Source: Chitinophagales bacterium
GTDB taxonomy: Bacteria; Bacteroidota; Bacteroidia; Chitinophagales; JADIYW01
Direction: 5' to 3'
Assembly: GCA_020636545.1 (NCBI GenBank)
Contig: JACJXS010000008.1
Span: 159,530-223,529, forward strand
DNA length: 64,000 nucleotides
Every line of letters begins with the position of its first letter. Position 1 is the stretch's first letter. The translations under genes and the position numbers were made by a program. The notes under the pieces were generated by a model, which saw only the letters and a program-made list of their open reading frames with translations, did no database searches and was not told the origin of the DNA. Positions 19,535 to 30,511 of the stretch are shown piece by piece.

Positions 19535-21388
19535 TTAAGCAAATTCACTTAATTCTAACCAACGCATTTCTTTTTCATCAAGTAAGTCAATGATTTCTTG
19601 TAAACGACTTGAAATATTCTGAATTTCATTGTGGTCTATTTTTCCAGAGCTTAATTGGGACGTTAATGTGCCCTTTTCTTCGCTAAGTTTTGAAATATCT
19701 TTTTCTAATTGATTAAGTTCCTGTTGCTCCTTAAAACTTAATTTTTTTTTAATTGTATCTGCATTTGTTTTTGTAGGTTGGATGGTAGGTTTTGCTTGAA
19801 GCTCTTTTTCTATTTTAAGTTGTTCTTTTAAATCCTCTCTATATTCTTTATAATTTCCTAAGAATGTTTTTATTTTTCCATTTCCTTCAAAAACAAAAAG
19901 CCAATCTGTTAGTTTATCTAAAAAATATCTGTCGTGAGAAACAATAATCAAGCAGCCTTTATAATCCAATAAAAAATCTTCCAAAACATTTAATGTGAGA
20001 ATATCTAAGTCGTTGGTTGGCTCATCTAGAATTAAAAAATTAGGATTTTTTATTAAGATAGTTAATAAATATAACCTTCTTCTTTCGCCACCACTCAAAG
20101 TGGAAACATAATTATATTGTTGTTCTGGTGCAAATAAAAATCGCTCTAAAAGTTGTGAAGCGGAAAGTTGTCCACCTGCCACAGGAATATACTCCGCAAT
20201 ATCTTTAATTACTTCAATAACACGTTTGTCTTCTTTTAGATGCATACCGTTTTGATTGTAATAACCGAAAACTATTGTTTCGCCAAGAACAATATTGCCA
20301 TCATCAGGTTTTTCATTGCCTATGATAATATTTAATAAAGTAGATTTGCCACAACCATTTTTTCCAACAATACCAACTCTTTCTCCTCTTTGGAATTTAT
20401 AAGAAAACTTATCTAATAAAGCTTTTTGTCCAAATTTTTTAGAAACGTTATGAAGTTCGACAATTTTGCCACCCAAACGGTTCATTTTTATTTCAATTTC
20501 TACTTTTTTGTCTTGAGCTTTTTGTGTTGCAGCTTTTTTTACATTTTCAAAATTGTCTTCTCTTGATTTAGCTTTGGTTGTACGTGCTTTTGGTTGTCGT
20601 CGCATCCATTCCAATTCTTTTTTGTAAATATTCTGTGCTTTTTCTACATTCACACGTTGATGTTCTTCTCTAATTTCTTTATTTTCTAAATATTTACTAT
20701 AATTTCCTTTGTGTTTGTATAACTGCATATCTTCCATTTCAAGAATATCAGTACAAATATTCTCTAGGAAATACCTATCGTGCGTAATCATCAAAACAGT
20801 TATATTATCTCTCGATAAATACCCTTCCAGCCATTCAATCATATCTAAATCTAAGTGGTTGGTAGGTTCATCAAGAACTAGTAAATCAGGTTGTTGTAAC
20901 AAAAGTATTGCCAAGGCTAATCGTTTAATTTGCCCACCTGAAAATGTGCCTACCTTTTGTTCTAGATTATCAATTAAAAATCGAGAAAGTATTTGTTTTA
21001 TTTGTTGCTCATAATCCCAAGCTTGCAATTTTTCCATTTCTTCCATAGCTTCATTTAAGTTACTATGTCCTGCTAATGCTTTCTCATAATTCAAACATAC
21101 TTTTAGCAGCTCATTGTCGGAGCTTAAAATTGTTTCATATACAGTTTTGTCTTTATCAAAGATTGGATCTTGCACTAAAAAGCCTACTTTAATGTCTTTA
21201 TGAAATTTTATTTCACCACTTTCAGGCGGTTCTAATCCTTGAAGAATTTTAATAAGAGAAGATTTACCAGAACCATTTTTTGCAATCAATGCAATCTTTT
21301 GACCTTTGTCAATAAAAAAAGTAATATCTGTAAATAATAGACGTTCACCATAGTATTTACTGAGGTTCTGGACAGAGAGATAATTCAT
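19535..21388 (-). CDS. ABC-F family ATPase (two ABC domains, C-terminal coiled coil)
   Basis: Walker A motifs KNGSGKSS and GKNGCGKST; signatures FSGGQIKR and LSGGERRR; no TM domain. Confidence 0.88.
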   Translation of the reverse strand: MNYLSVQNLSKYYGERLLFTDITFFIDKGQKIALIAKNGSGKSSLIKILQGLEPPESGEIKFHKDIKVGFLVQDPIFDKDKTVYETILSSDNELLKVCLNYEKALAGHSNLNEAMEEMEKLQAWDYEQQIKQILSRFLIDNLEQKVGTFSGGQIKRLALAILLLQQPDLLVLDEPTNHLDLDMIEWLEGYLSRDNITVLMITHDRYFLENICTDILEMEDMQLYKHKGNYSKYLENKEIREEHQRVNVEKAQNIYKKELEWMRRQPKARTTKAKSREDNFENVKKAATQKAQDKKVEIEIKMNRLGGKIVELHNVSKKFGQKALLDKFSYKFQRGERVGIVGKNGCGKSTLLNIIIGNEKPDDGNIVLGETIVFGYYNQNGMHLKEDKRVIEVIKDIAEYIPVAGGQLSASQLLERFLFAPEQQYNYVSTLSGGERRRLYLLTILIKNPNFLILDEPTNDLDILTLNVLEDFLLDYKGCLIIVSHDRYFLDKLTDWLFVFEGNGKIKTFLGNYKEYREDLKEQLKIEKELQAKPTIQPTKTNADTIKKKLSFKEQQELNQLEKDISKLSEEKGTLTSQLSSGKIDHNEIQNISSRLQEIIDLLDEKEMRWLELSEFA

Positions 21389-21597
21389 AAAAAACGATGA
21401 AACTTAATATTTTTTAATAGATGACAAAGATAAATAAGATTTGTGAAATATAAGATTTCTAAACAATATACTTACTTATAATTAATAATAAAGAGTCATT
21501 TATTGATTTATTATTTCATATTGATTAAAAAAACATTAACAAAAATTAGCATTATTAAAAACTTATTGTATATTGCAACAGATAAATACAAATTATT

Positions 21598-24500
21598 ATG
21601 AACAAATTAACAAAAAACTTACTGGGATTAATGATGTTGCTGGTCAGTTTTGTTACCTATGCACAAACCGTCATAAGTGGCAAGGTATCTGATGAAGCAA
21701 AAGAGCCTGTAATTGGTGCAAATATTAGCATCAAAGGGACATCTGAAGGAACGATTACTGATATTGATGGTAATTTTGAATTATCAACAGAGCAATCAAC
21801 TCCATTTACTATTGTTGTTACAATGGTAGGAATGGAAAATGTTGAAAAAGAAATTACAGGAAGTACATCTGGCTTAGACATTGGAATGAAAGAAGAACAC
21901 AATATTTTAAATACTGTGGTTGTTTCTGCATCAAGAGTGGAAGAAAAAATATTAGAATCTCCAGTTACCATTGAAAAGATGGATCAAAAAATGGTCAAAC
22001 AATCTTCTTCAAATGATTATTATGATGATTTATCTAAATTAAAAGGTGTTCAGGTTATTAATGGATCAATGAACTTGACTTCGGTAAATACAAGAGGATT
22101 TGGGGGCATTTCAAATACTCGTTTTGTTCAGTTAATGGATGGAATGGATAATGCAGCACCATTATTAAATTTCCCTACTGGAAATATCGTTGGTATTGGT
22201 GAGTTAGACGTTCAGAATGTTGAATTAGTGCCAGGTGCAGCTTCTGCATTATATGGACCAAATGCTTTCAATGGTATCTTATTAATGAATTCAAAAAACC
22301 CTTTTGATTCTCCAGGTTTCTCAGCACAAGTAAAAGGTGGCTTTGCAAGTGCTAGTAATGGCTATGGTACAAAACCATTAGGAAGTGTTGCTATGCGTGT
22401 TGGTCATGTATGGAAAAGAAAAGGGCAAGACTACGTGGCTATTAAATTTAATGCAAATGCATTCCAAGGTACAGATTGGTATGCAAACGATATGTCCACA
22501 AGAGATGACAATGGTCCACTTGGTGCCCCAAATTATGATGGTATGAATGTATATGGAGATGAAACACCTATTCAAGTTCCTTATGGTGGAATTAGAGGCA
22601 ACTTAATTGCGAGTACTTCAGGTTCATTACAAAACAATCCTGCTTTTGTTAGTGCAGTTACAGCTGGTGTTACGGCACAAGTTACCGCAGCTGTAACTCA
22701 GCAAGTAAATGCAAACAGACCAGCAATTGAAGCTGGTGTAACAGCAGTAGTAAGACAAAATGCTTATGATCAAGCAATTGCTAATGGTGCTGATGCCGCA
22801 ACAGCAAATATGATGGCGGATACATATATTTCCTCACAAGATGGAATCACAATGATTCAAACTCAAACCAATCTTAAAATACAACAGTTAATTCAACAAA
22901 ATGTAGATGCTGTGTTACCTGGACAAATTGCAACTAATTTACCTATTCAGGCTACTAATACTGCAACTTCTAAAATTGATTCTATAAGTTCTTTATTGAA
23001 TTTAGATGTTAGAAGAACTGGTTTAGGCGAACATAAGTTATATGATGCAATTAATGATAAAAATAAGGCAACATCATTCAAGGGTGATGTAGGTATTTAC
23101 TATAGACCATTTAAAGACAAGTCTTATGAGTTTTCTTACAATTATAGAATAGGCTTTGGTAATTCAGTTTATCAAGGTACTGATAGATATGCACTAAGAA
23201 ACTTTACCCAACAATTCCATAAAGCAGAAATTAAAGGAAAGGATTTCTTTATTCGTTCTTATTTGTCTCAAACTAATGCTGGAAAATCATACAACTTGAC
23301 AGCTTTAGGTTCATACACTAATGAAGGAATAAGTGGTACGAAAGCAGTATGGGCACCAACATATATTGCAAATTATGCAGGTGTATTAATTCAAAATAGC
23401 ATTTTAACTTCAGCTGCAAATACATTGGCAAATGCTGAAACATTGGTAGCACAAGCTCACCAAATTGCGAGAGCAGCTGCTGATAAACCTTGGAATGATT
23501 TAACGCCAGAACAACAACAAGCTTTAATTAATAAAGTTAGAAATGGTTTATTCCAACAAGGTGGGGCCGGCTTTATTGATCATTCTCGTTTGTTCCATAC
23601 AGAAGGAATGGTAGATTTATCTCGATGGACAAATAAGATTGTAGATATTCAGATTGGTGGAAATCATAGAATGTATAGTTTATTTACGAATGGTACTATA
23701 TTTAATGAAGATCCAGATGGAACAGGTCATTTTAAAAGAATAAATATTCAAGAATATGGTGCATTCTTGCAATTAAAAAGAAAATTATTCAAAGATGCAT
23801 TAACATTACAAGGATCAATTCGTTTCGATAAAAATCAAAACTTTAAAGGGATTTGGTCGCCACGTATTGCTGCTGTGTTATCAGTAGGTAAAGACAAAAT
23901 GCATAATATTCGTATGTCTTATCAAACTGGTTTCAGAAATCCAGATACTCAAGCACAATATATTTATTTCCCTGTTGCATCTATCTTATTAGGAGGAACA
24001 GAAGCAAATGCTGGAAGATACGGCATCTATAATGGTGGTGCATGGACTATGGATTCTTATAAAGCTAGACAACAAGCTTTATTGTCTGGTAAATCACTTG
24101 CTTATGCTGATTCATTATTGGTTACTTCAGATATTGGATATGTAAAACCTGAAAGATTACAGGCTATTGAGTTAGGTTATAAAGCTATGTTTGCTAAGAA
24201 ATTTATGATTGATATTAATGGTTATTTTAATATTTATGATGATTTTATTGGACAAATATTTGTTGTAAATAAAGATACAGCATATCATAAAGGACAAGCA
24301 ATTGCACCAGGAACTACTTGGTATCCATATACAAATGTGGCAAGTAAAGTTTATTCTTATGGAGCAGGTATCGGAGCTTCTTATGTATTACCAAAAAATA
24401 TGTTGCTTAAAGCAAGTTATAACTGGATGGATTATACCATCTCTAAATCAAATGCAAGCGGTGGCTCTGATGAAGATTTAGGATTTAATGCAGCTAATCA

Positions 24501-24837
24501 CCAATTTTATGTTGGAATTAGTGGAGATAAAGTATGGAAAGGTTTAGGTTTTTCAGTTGATTACAGATGGCAGTCTAAGATAAATTATTTATCAAGTTTT
24601 GCTAGTGGAATTGTTAAATCTAGAGGAATCTTAGATGCAAATATCTCTTATAATATTGATAAGATATATACACAAGTCAAAGTTGGAGCAACAAATATTG
24701 CAGGTCCAAATTATTTCAGTAATATAGGTGGTCCTCTTATTGGTAGAACTTTTTATGTTGGTTTAACTTTTGATCAAGGAAAACAATGGAGAGAAAATTC
24801 AAGAAGAATTGAAACAGAAGGAAATACTTCTTTCTAA
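21598..24837 (+). CDS. TonB-dependent outer-membrane receptor with N-terminal CarboxypepD_reg domain
   Basis: 1079 aa; signal peptide ..SFVTYAQ; VISGKVSDEAKEPVIGANISIKGT..DIDGNFEL; plug-like region; terminal Phe. Confidence 0.8.
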   Translation: MNKLTKNLLGLMMLLVSFVTYAQTVISGKVSDEAKEPVIGANISIKGTSEGTITDIDGNFELSTEQSTPFTIVVTMVGMENVEKEITGSTSGLDIGMKEEHNILNTVVVSASRVEEKILESPVTIEKMDQKMVKQSSSNDYYDDLSKLKGVQVINGSMNLTSVNTRGFGGISNTRFVQLMDGMDNAAPLLNFPTGNIVGIGELDVQNVELVPGAASALYGPNAFNGILLMNSKNPFDSPGFSAQVKGGFASASNGYGTKPLGSVAMRVGHVWKRKGQDYVAIKFNANAFQGTDWYANDMSTRDDNGPLGAPNYDGMNVYGDETPIQVPYGGIRGNLIASTSGSLQNNPAFVSAVTAGVTAQVTAAVTQQVNANRPAIEAGVTAVVRQNAYDQAIANGADAATANMMADTYISSQDGITMIQTQTNLKIQQLIQQNVDAVLPGQIATNLPIQATNTATSKIDSISSLLNLDVRRTGLGEHKLYDAINDKNKATSFKGDVGIYYRPFKDKSYEFSYNYRIGFGNSVYQGTDRYALRNFTQQFHKAEIKGKDFFIRSYLSQTNAGKSYNLTALGSYTNEGISGTKAVWAPTYIANYAGVLIQNSILTSAANTLANAETLVAQAHQIARAAADKPWNDLTPEQQQALINKVRNGLFQQGGAGFIDHSRLFHTEGMVDLSRWTNKIVDIQIGGNHRMYSLFTNGTIFNEDPDGTGHFKRINIQEYGAFLQLKRKLFKDALTLQGSIRFDKNQNFKGIWSPRIAAVLSVGKDKMHNIRMSYQTGFRNPDTQAQYIYFPVASILLGGTEANAGRYGIYNGGAWTMDSYKARQQALLSGKSLAYADSLLVTSDIGYVKPERLQAIELGYKAMFAKKFMIDINGYFNIYDDFIGQIFVVNKDTAYHKGQAIAPGTTWYPYTNVASKVYSYGAGIGASYVLPKNMLLKASYNWMDYTISKSNASGGSDEDLGFNAANHQFYVGISGDKVWKGLGFSVDYRWQSKINYLSSFASGIVKSRGILDANISYNIDKIYTQVKVGATNIAGPNYFSNIGGPLIGRTFYVGLTFDQGKQWRENSRRIETEGNTSF

Positions 24838-24860
24838 TTCATTAAGAAAAATAGTTAAAA

Positions 24861-24896
24861 AAGAAGGGCAACTCTTTAGAGTTGCCCTTCTTTTTT
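24861..24896 (+). terminator. Rho-independent terminator after the TonB-dependent receptor gene
   Basis: 14-bp perfect stem AAGAAGGGCAACTC/GAGTTGCCCTTCTT, loop TTTA, followed by TTTT. Confidence 0.8.
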
Positions 24897-24910
24897 GTAC
24901 CTTGCAGTGT

Positions 24911-26806
24911 ATGTGTGGTATCGCTGGTAATTGCTCTTTTTCTAACTCAATTATTTCTGAAGCTATTTGGAATGAAATTGCCACATCTTTGAATAAACGT
25001 GGACCTGACCATCAATCAATTACTTCAATAAATAACACAACTTTAGTTCATGCTCGATTGTCCATTATAGATACAAGCTCGGTTTCGCATCAACCAATTT
25101 ATGATAAAACTGGGAGATTTGCTATTGTTTTTAACGGTGAAATTTTTAATTTTCAATCTCTTAAAAATGATTTAGAAGATAAAGGCTATACATTTAATAC
25201 ACATTCGGATACGGAAGTTTTGTTATATGCTTTTATTCATTATAAAGAAAAATGTTTGGATTTGCTGAATGGATTTTTTGCATTTGCTGTTTATGATAAA
25301 TTGGAAGATGAACTTTTTATTGCAAATGATAGGTATGCCGAGAAACCTCTTTATTATGCTTCAGATAAAGATGGATTTTATTTTGCATCTGAATTAAAAA
25401 CTCTTTTGAAATTTCCTATTGACAAAACATTAGATTGGATAGCCGTTTCGCTCTATTTTCAATTGAATTATATTCCTAATAATTTGTCAATTTTTAAGCA
25501 AGTAAAAAAGTTAAATGCAGGACATTTTATTTATGTAAAAAATAAACAAATTAAAATTCAGCAGTGGTATTTTCTACCTTATAGTGCTGAAAAGGCTGAG
25601 GGAAACTTATTGTCTTATGCTCAACAGCAAGAAAAATTAAGAGCACTTTTAGATGATGCTGTACGTTTAAGATTAATAGCAGATGTCCCGTTAGGTGCAT
25701 TTTTAAGTGGAGGAATAGACTCTTCGGTAATGGTTGCTCTGGCAAGTAAGCATTCGCCTCATTTGAATACTTTCTCCATTGGCTTTGAAGATAATGCTTA
25801 CTTTGATGAAACAGAATATGCAAATCTGGTGGCTAATCATTTTAAAACCAATCATACTGTTTTTAAACTTAAAAATGATGACTTATTACAGAGCTTACAA
25901 GAGCTTTTGGATTATACTGATGAGCCATTTGCAGATTCATCTGCCTTGTTGGTAAATTTGTTGTCTAAATATACCAAGCAACATGTTACAGTTGCTCTTT
26001 CTGGCGATGGTGGAGATGAATTATTTGCTGGTTATAATAAGCATTATGGCGAATGGCAAAGTAGAAATGGAGGTTGGAAAGCTTCTGTTATTCAATCTCT
26101 ATTACCTGTGTGGCAAAAATTGCCGAAGTCAAGAAGTGGAGGTTTCGGTAATAAATTCAGGCAATTGGAAAGATTTGCTACAGGAATGAATTTAAGTCCA
26201 GCAGAACGATATTGGCGTTGGTGTTGTTTTATGGACGATGACGAATTAAATTTTTTACTGAATGGGAAACCAGAAGCCGTATTAGAAAATATTATTAAGG
26301 TTCGACAGCAATTTACACAATTTGTACACTCAGATGGTACGCTAAATGATTGTTTGAGAGCTGATGTTGCTTTAGTTTTGGCGAATGATATGTTTGTAAA
26401 AGTCGATAGAATGAGTATGCGAAATTCATTGGAAGTGAGAGCACCATTTTTGGATTATCGAGTTGTGGAGTATGCATTTACATTACCAGTTTCATCTAAA
26501 ATTGATGCTCACTTAAAAAAGAAAATTATTCAAGATACTTTTAGAGATGTTTTGCCAAAAGAATTGTACAATAGACCCAAAAAAGGTTTTGAAGTGCCAT
26601 TGTTACAGTGGTTTAGAACTGACTTAAAAGACTATTTGGATAAAGAGATATTTGATGAGGATTTTATTAAAACCCAAAATATTTTTAATTTGGAATATAT
26701 TAGAAGTTTAAAACAACAATTATTTTCTAATAATCCTAATGATGTTCACGCAAAAATTTGGGCATTAATTGTCTTTCAGAATTTTTATAAAAAATACATA
26801 CTCTAA
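24911..26806 (+). CDS. asnB: Asparagine synthase (glutamine-hydrolysing)
   Basis: Start reset to MCGIAG (Ntn Cys2). The track ORF start at 24770 would run through the terminator hairpin. SGGIDSS PP-loop motif. Confidence 0.88.
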   Translation: MCGIAGNCSFSNSIISEAIWNEIATSLNKRGPDHQSITSINNTTLVHARLSIIDTSSVSHQPIYDKTGRFAIVFNGEIFNFQSLKNDLEDKGYTFNTHSDTEVLLYAFIHYKEKCLDLLNGFFAFAVYDKLEDELFIANDRYAEKPLYYASDKDGFYFASELKTLLKFPIDKTLDWIAVSLYFQLNYIPNNLSIFKQVKKLNAGHFIYVKNKQIKIQQWYFLPYSAEKAEGNLLSYAQQQEKLRALLDDAVRLRLIADVPLGAFLSGGIDSSVMVALASKHSPHLNTFSIGFEDNAYFDETEYANLVANHFKTNHTVFKLKNDDLLQSLQELLDYTDEPFADSSALLVNLLSKYTKQHVTVALSGDGGDELFAGYNKHYGEWQSRNGGWKASVIQSLLPVWQKLPKSRSGGFGNKFRQLERFATGMNLSPAERYWRWCCFMDDDELNFLLNGKPEAVLENIIKVRQQFTQFVHSDGTLNDCLRADVALVLANDMFVKVDRMSMRNSLEVRAPFLDYRVVEYAFTLPVSSKIDAHLKKKIIQDTFRDVLPKELYNRPKKGFEVPLLQWFRTDLKDYLDKEIFDEDFIKTQNIFNLEYIRSLKQQLFSNNPNDVHAKIWALIVFQNFYKKYIL

Positions 26807-26808
26807 GA

Positions 26809-28347
26809 CTATATTTTTAGATACTTCATCCTAATAAAATCCTTACTTGAAAACTTATAATTATTAGACTCAATAATAGCTTTTTGGATTTGTTGTTCTA
26901 TTTCAGTTTTATATTTGCTATCATTTCTTACATAGAAAAATAGATTGTAACTCGGCATAGATGCTAAAGTTCCAATATAAGTATGTTTTTTTTCTGCTTG
27001 AATAAAATCGTAAATTTTACCCATTGTCGATGTTTTTCCTTTTAAGTTTTCTACTTGATTTGTGAAATCAACCAGAATAACTAAGTCTGTTTTTATAGAA
27101 TCAAAATAGGCTTTGTTAATATGTTGTTTAGAAAGGTAAACATCTGCTAAACCTTGAGCATCATAGAATTTACAATCGCCAATATATGGAATGACACCAG
27201 CATCGCCCAACAAAATTTTCATATCTTTGTGTCCAATTTCCTTTATAGCTTTGCCAACTTTAATGTGTCCTTTTTGCATCGCAAATGGAAACATCGCATT
27301 GTTCTTTATGGATGAAATTTCAACAATATTATTGCTGAATAGACCTTTTGCAGTAATCAAAATAAGAAATATTGAAACAGCCACTAAACTTTGTTTTATC
27401 TTCTTATCTGATTTTAATTTATCAAAAATTACAATCATTCCGAAGATTATAATTGGATAGAAAATTTGAAATCCAAATCTATTGGCATAATTCATTAATA
27501 ATGCAGAAGAGCCATAAAATACATAGTATATCCCAAATGAAAGCAAAGCAGAATATCTAAAAAGTTTATGGCTTTTGGCAATGAAAAAAATTGCAAAAAA
27601 GCCTATTAAATATTGCCAAATCGTAAATGTATTATATACATAACCCCAAATTCCTAAATTATTTCCAACAGATTTATGATAGAATGAAAGGGGTAATGGT
27701 AAGCCAAAATACAAATATCTAGCTATAAAATATAGTACACCAATACTACCAAATAGGAATAATGTTGGAAAGTATATTTTCTCTTTTTTTATTAATGCGA
27801 TGTACACAAAAATAAATGCTGAGAAAATTGCACCTTCAGGACGTGTAAGCGGTAATAATAAGGCAAAAAGCCAAAGTTTGGTTTGTATTTTGTTGGAGAA
27901 ATCATTTTTATCTAATAGGGTAAAAATTTCTAAAAGCAACCAAAACCAAAAAGTGGTTTCTAATCCTGCATATATATGAACATGTGTTTGCCAATTTGAA
28001 ACATAAATTAAGATAGCCAACCTAGCCCAATATTTTTGATGAATACTGAGGTAAATTCGTCTAATAATCAATAAAAAAAAGAAGAAAGTAATGATTTTAA
28101 AAACAATTTGAGGTTGTACTTTAATCAATGGAGGAATAACAGAAAGCATCATGTAAGTAAAACTTGTATAGGCTTCAATAAGCTCATGATCTGCATTCCA
28201 ATTCCAAATTCCATAGTGAAATAAGTTGTATCCATATCGAAAACATATATACGCATCATCAACTGTCATCTGAACAAATAGAAAAAAGCCAGCAAGGATT
28301 GCTAAGAGAATGAGTAGCTTAAAGATAAAGGGAAACCTATTTTGCAT
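26809..28347 (-). CDS. Polytopic membrane protein, GT-C-like putative glycosyltransferase
   Basis: 512 aa, >10 predicted TM helices; acidic DDAYICFRYGYN motif after TM1, resembling the first-loop DD/DE motif of GT-C enzymes. Confidence 0.45.
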   Translation of the reverse strand: MQNRFPFIFKLLILLAILAGFFLFVQMTVDDAYICFRYGYNLFHYGIWNWNADHELIEAYTSFTYMMLSVIPPLIKVQPQIVFKIITFFFFLLIIRRIYLSIHQKYWARLAILIYVSNWQTHVHIYAGLETTFWFWLLLEIFTLLDKNDFSNKIQTKLWLFALLLPLTRPEGAIFSAFIFVYIALIKKEKIYFPTLFLFGSIGVLYFIARYLYFGLPLPLSFYHKSVGNNLGIWGYVYNTFTIWQYLIGFFAIFFIAKSHKLFRYSALLSFGIYYVFYGSSALLMNYANRFGFQIFYPIIIFGMIVIFDKLKSDKKIKQSLVAVSIFLILITAKGLFSNNIVEISSIKNNAMFPFAMQKGHIKVGKAIKEIGHKDMKILLGDAGVIPYIGDCKFYDAQGLADVYLSKQHINKAYFDSIKTDLVILVDFTNQVENLKGKTSTMGKIYDFIQAEKKHTYIGTLASMPSYNLFFYVRNDSKYKTEIEQQIQKAIIESNNYKFSSKDFIRMKYLKI

Positions 28348-30004
28348 TATTTGGAAGTAAATCTTTTCTGTAAATAATATATTCTTTTCTATCAGGTAAT
28401 TGTAATTTTACCCAACCTAAGCTTTCATAATTATTGATGAACTTAATCCAAGTAGTATCTTCAGAAAATCGCTTATCTTTTAATAAAACATCAGAAATAT
28501 ACATCATACCAATATCTTGTTCTTGCATCAATTGGTCGAATGGGCGGTCTTTTAAAAACTGAATATTAACTCTAAAATTTTTACCCATATAAACAGGCAA
28601 AATTTCACTGACTAAAAATGTTGTGGGTTTTACAATCTTTAAATCACGAACAGCATAGATGTATGGCAAATAAACAGGCGTATCATATTTGTGGTAGAAA
28701 CTATTGTATCTAGGATAGCTTTTAATATTTGGCGTTGCAAAAATCATAGATAATAAAATTAAAATATTTAAAAGCTTCTGATATTTGAAAGTAAAAGTAT
28801 GGTTTTCAATAAATGGAATAAACAATAAATAAAACAAATAATAAATGAATGCTAATTGCAAAATGTAATAATGTTCTCTCGGATAAATGATGATAGATGC
28901 CACCACAGAAGCACCTACTAAAATCATAATACATACTATGAAAATGAAATGTTGCTGGAATTTTTCAAGGAAAACTTGTTTGTATTTTTTTATTCCAGTG
29001 TGGTATAATAGAGCCAAAAATATAGCAATTAATAAAAGCCATTTTATTCTAAAATGAATTTTAAATAAAAATTTTGGAAAGAATAATTCTGTTGTAAACG
29101 CAAATATTTGGGTAATATAGGAATAGAAATTTTCGGTAATATGTCTTTGCAATTCTTTTGGATTAGCTTTATACATATCCGATAATGTCTCGCTATTGCC
29201 AAATTTATTTTTAAAAATTTGTTCCCAATATATAAAATCTGAGGCATCTCTTTTATGATTCCATTTTATAGTATTAAAAGTATAATGTTGTCCCATGGCA
29301 TAATACATTCTGCCTCCATAGAGTGGAGAATGCCAAGCTAAAGTCATTAAGGCGATACAAATTAAAAATACTACTAAAAATATTTTTTCTCTCACTGTTA
29401 GTAGCTTGTCCGTAATCTTATTTTTATATTGCTCATATAAAAAAGTAAAGAACGCTAATGTAAATAACGCCATACTGCTCATAAAAAATTCAGGTCGAAC
29501 AAACGCCATAAACAAAGCAAAACAAGCGGCTAATAAAAATATTTTTGAGAAACGTTTTGTGTATTTTGGTAGCCAACTAAAAAATATAAATATTAAGAAT
29601 AAAGAATAATGAGAAACTCTTGGCCACCAATCAAAAGCAACGATAAAACTGGATAAAAATAATGCCCAAGCTAAATAGGCTGAAATAATAAAAGGAAACT
29701 TCTTTTGTCGTAGAAAAAAATATAAACCAACACTTGGCACCCACGATAAAGAAATGATTGCAAAATGATGTAAGTTGATATAATCTTTGATGAAGAAATG
29801 AAAGAATTTATAAGTTAAAGTATATATCGGAGCAAATGAACCAATTAATTGCCAAATTTTAAAATTCAATCTTTGCATATAAACGGTTTCATCAGCCATG
29901 GAAACATCTAAATAAAGTTTATAATGATTGAAAAATAGGAAAAGTGTAATTAGAGAAAAGCCTAAAAACAATATATCTAAAAAATTCCTTTTGAAAAATT
30001 GCAT
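28337..30004 (-). CDS. Polytopic membrane protein of unknown function
   Basis: 555 aa, highly hydrophobic; 11-nt overlap with the downstream 26809-28347 gene suggests one operon. Confidence 0.45.
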   Translation of the reverse strand: MQFFKRNFLDILFLGFSLITLFLFFNHYKLYLDVSMADETVYMQRLNFKIWQLIGSFAPIYTLTYKFFHFFIKDYINLHHFAIISLSWVPSVGLYFFLRQKKFPFIISAYLAWALFLSSFIVAFDWWPRVSHYSLFLIFIFFSWLPKYTKRFSKIFLLAACFALFMAFVRPEFFMSSMALFTLAFFTFLYEQYKNKITDKLLTVREKIFLVVFLICIALMTLAWHSPLYGGRMYYAMGQHYTFNTIKWNHKRDASDFIYWEQIFKNKFGNSETLSDMYKANPKELQRHITENFYSYITQIFAFTTELFFPKFLFKIHFRIKWLLLIAIFLALLYHTGIKKYKQVFLEKFQQHFIFIVCIMILVGASVVASIIIYPREHYYILQLAFIYYLFYLLFIPFIENHTFTFKYQKLLNILILLSMIFATPNIKSYPRYNSFYHKYDTPVYLPYIYAVRDLKIVKPTTFLVSEILPVYMGKNFRVNIQFLKDRPFDQLMQEQDIGMMYISDVLLKDKRFSEDTTWIKFINNYESLGWVKLQLPDRKEYIIYRKDLLPNNAK

Positions 30005-30076
30005 CTTAACGAAAAACTGTACTAAGATACAATATTTTTAGTAATGAATAAGTAATAGAAATACTAAATATATCTA

Positions 30077-30289
30077 TTATTTGAGCTCTTCATACTCAAT
30101 TGTTTCAGCATCATCAAATGTTGATTGTCCATTGTTTGGATTGGACTGTTGGCTGTAATTGTTAGTTTCTACACGTTGTTTCTTAGGTGCATTCGACAAA
30201 GGTGTTTGCTGTTTCTTTTTGCCAAATAATTCATTGACAATTTTGTAACCTAAGAGAAAGATAATAATATATTTTAATACCTTGAGCAT
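30077..30289 (-). CDS. Small membrane-anchored protein (DUF4834-like by recollection)
   Basis: 70 aa; N-terminal TM, polar Q/N-rich middle, acidic C-terminal ..IEYEELK. Confidence 0.4.
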   Translation of the reverse strand: MLKVLKYIIIFLLGYKIVNELFGKKKQQTPLSNAPKKQRVETNNYSQQSNPNNGQSTFDDAETIEYEELK

Positions 30290-30511
30290 AATACAAAAAT
30301 AGAATATAAAGAATAATCTAAAAGTTAAATTTAATAAAATAAATTTACCTATTTAAGTTAATAATTTTTTATATAAATATCTAATAATCAAATGTATATG
30401 TGTTTAACTCGTATCTTTTTATTAGAATAACAAAAAAATGACGTTTAAAAATTGGTTATACTGAAATAATTTCTCAATTTCAGACTTTAGTAATTTCAAA
30501 AAATAAAGAAA

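Noticed and set aside
24770-24910. N-terminal extension of asnB as given in the ORF track
   Set aside because: Glutamine-dependent asparagine synthases need Cys at position 2 (MCGIAG at 24911). The extension overlaps the upstream receptor gene and reads through a 14-bp terminator hairpin.
30290-30511. Possible purine riboswitch or leader upstream of purA
   Set aside because: I read the 220-nt AT-rich leader. It has no purine-riboswitch-like conserved core or convincing stem architecture.
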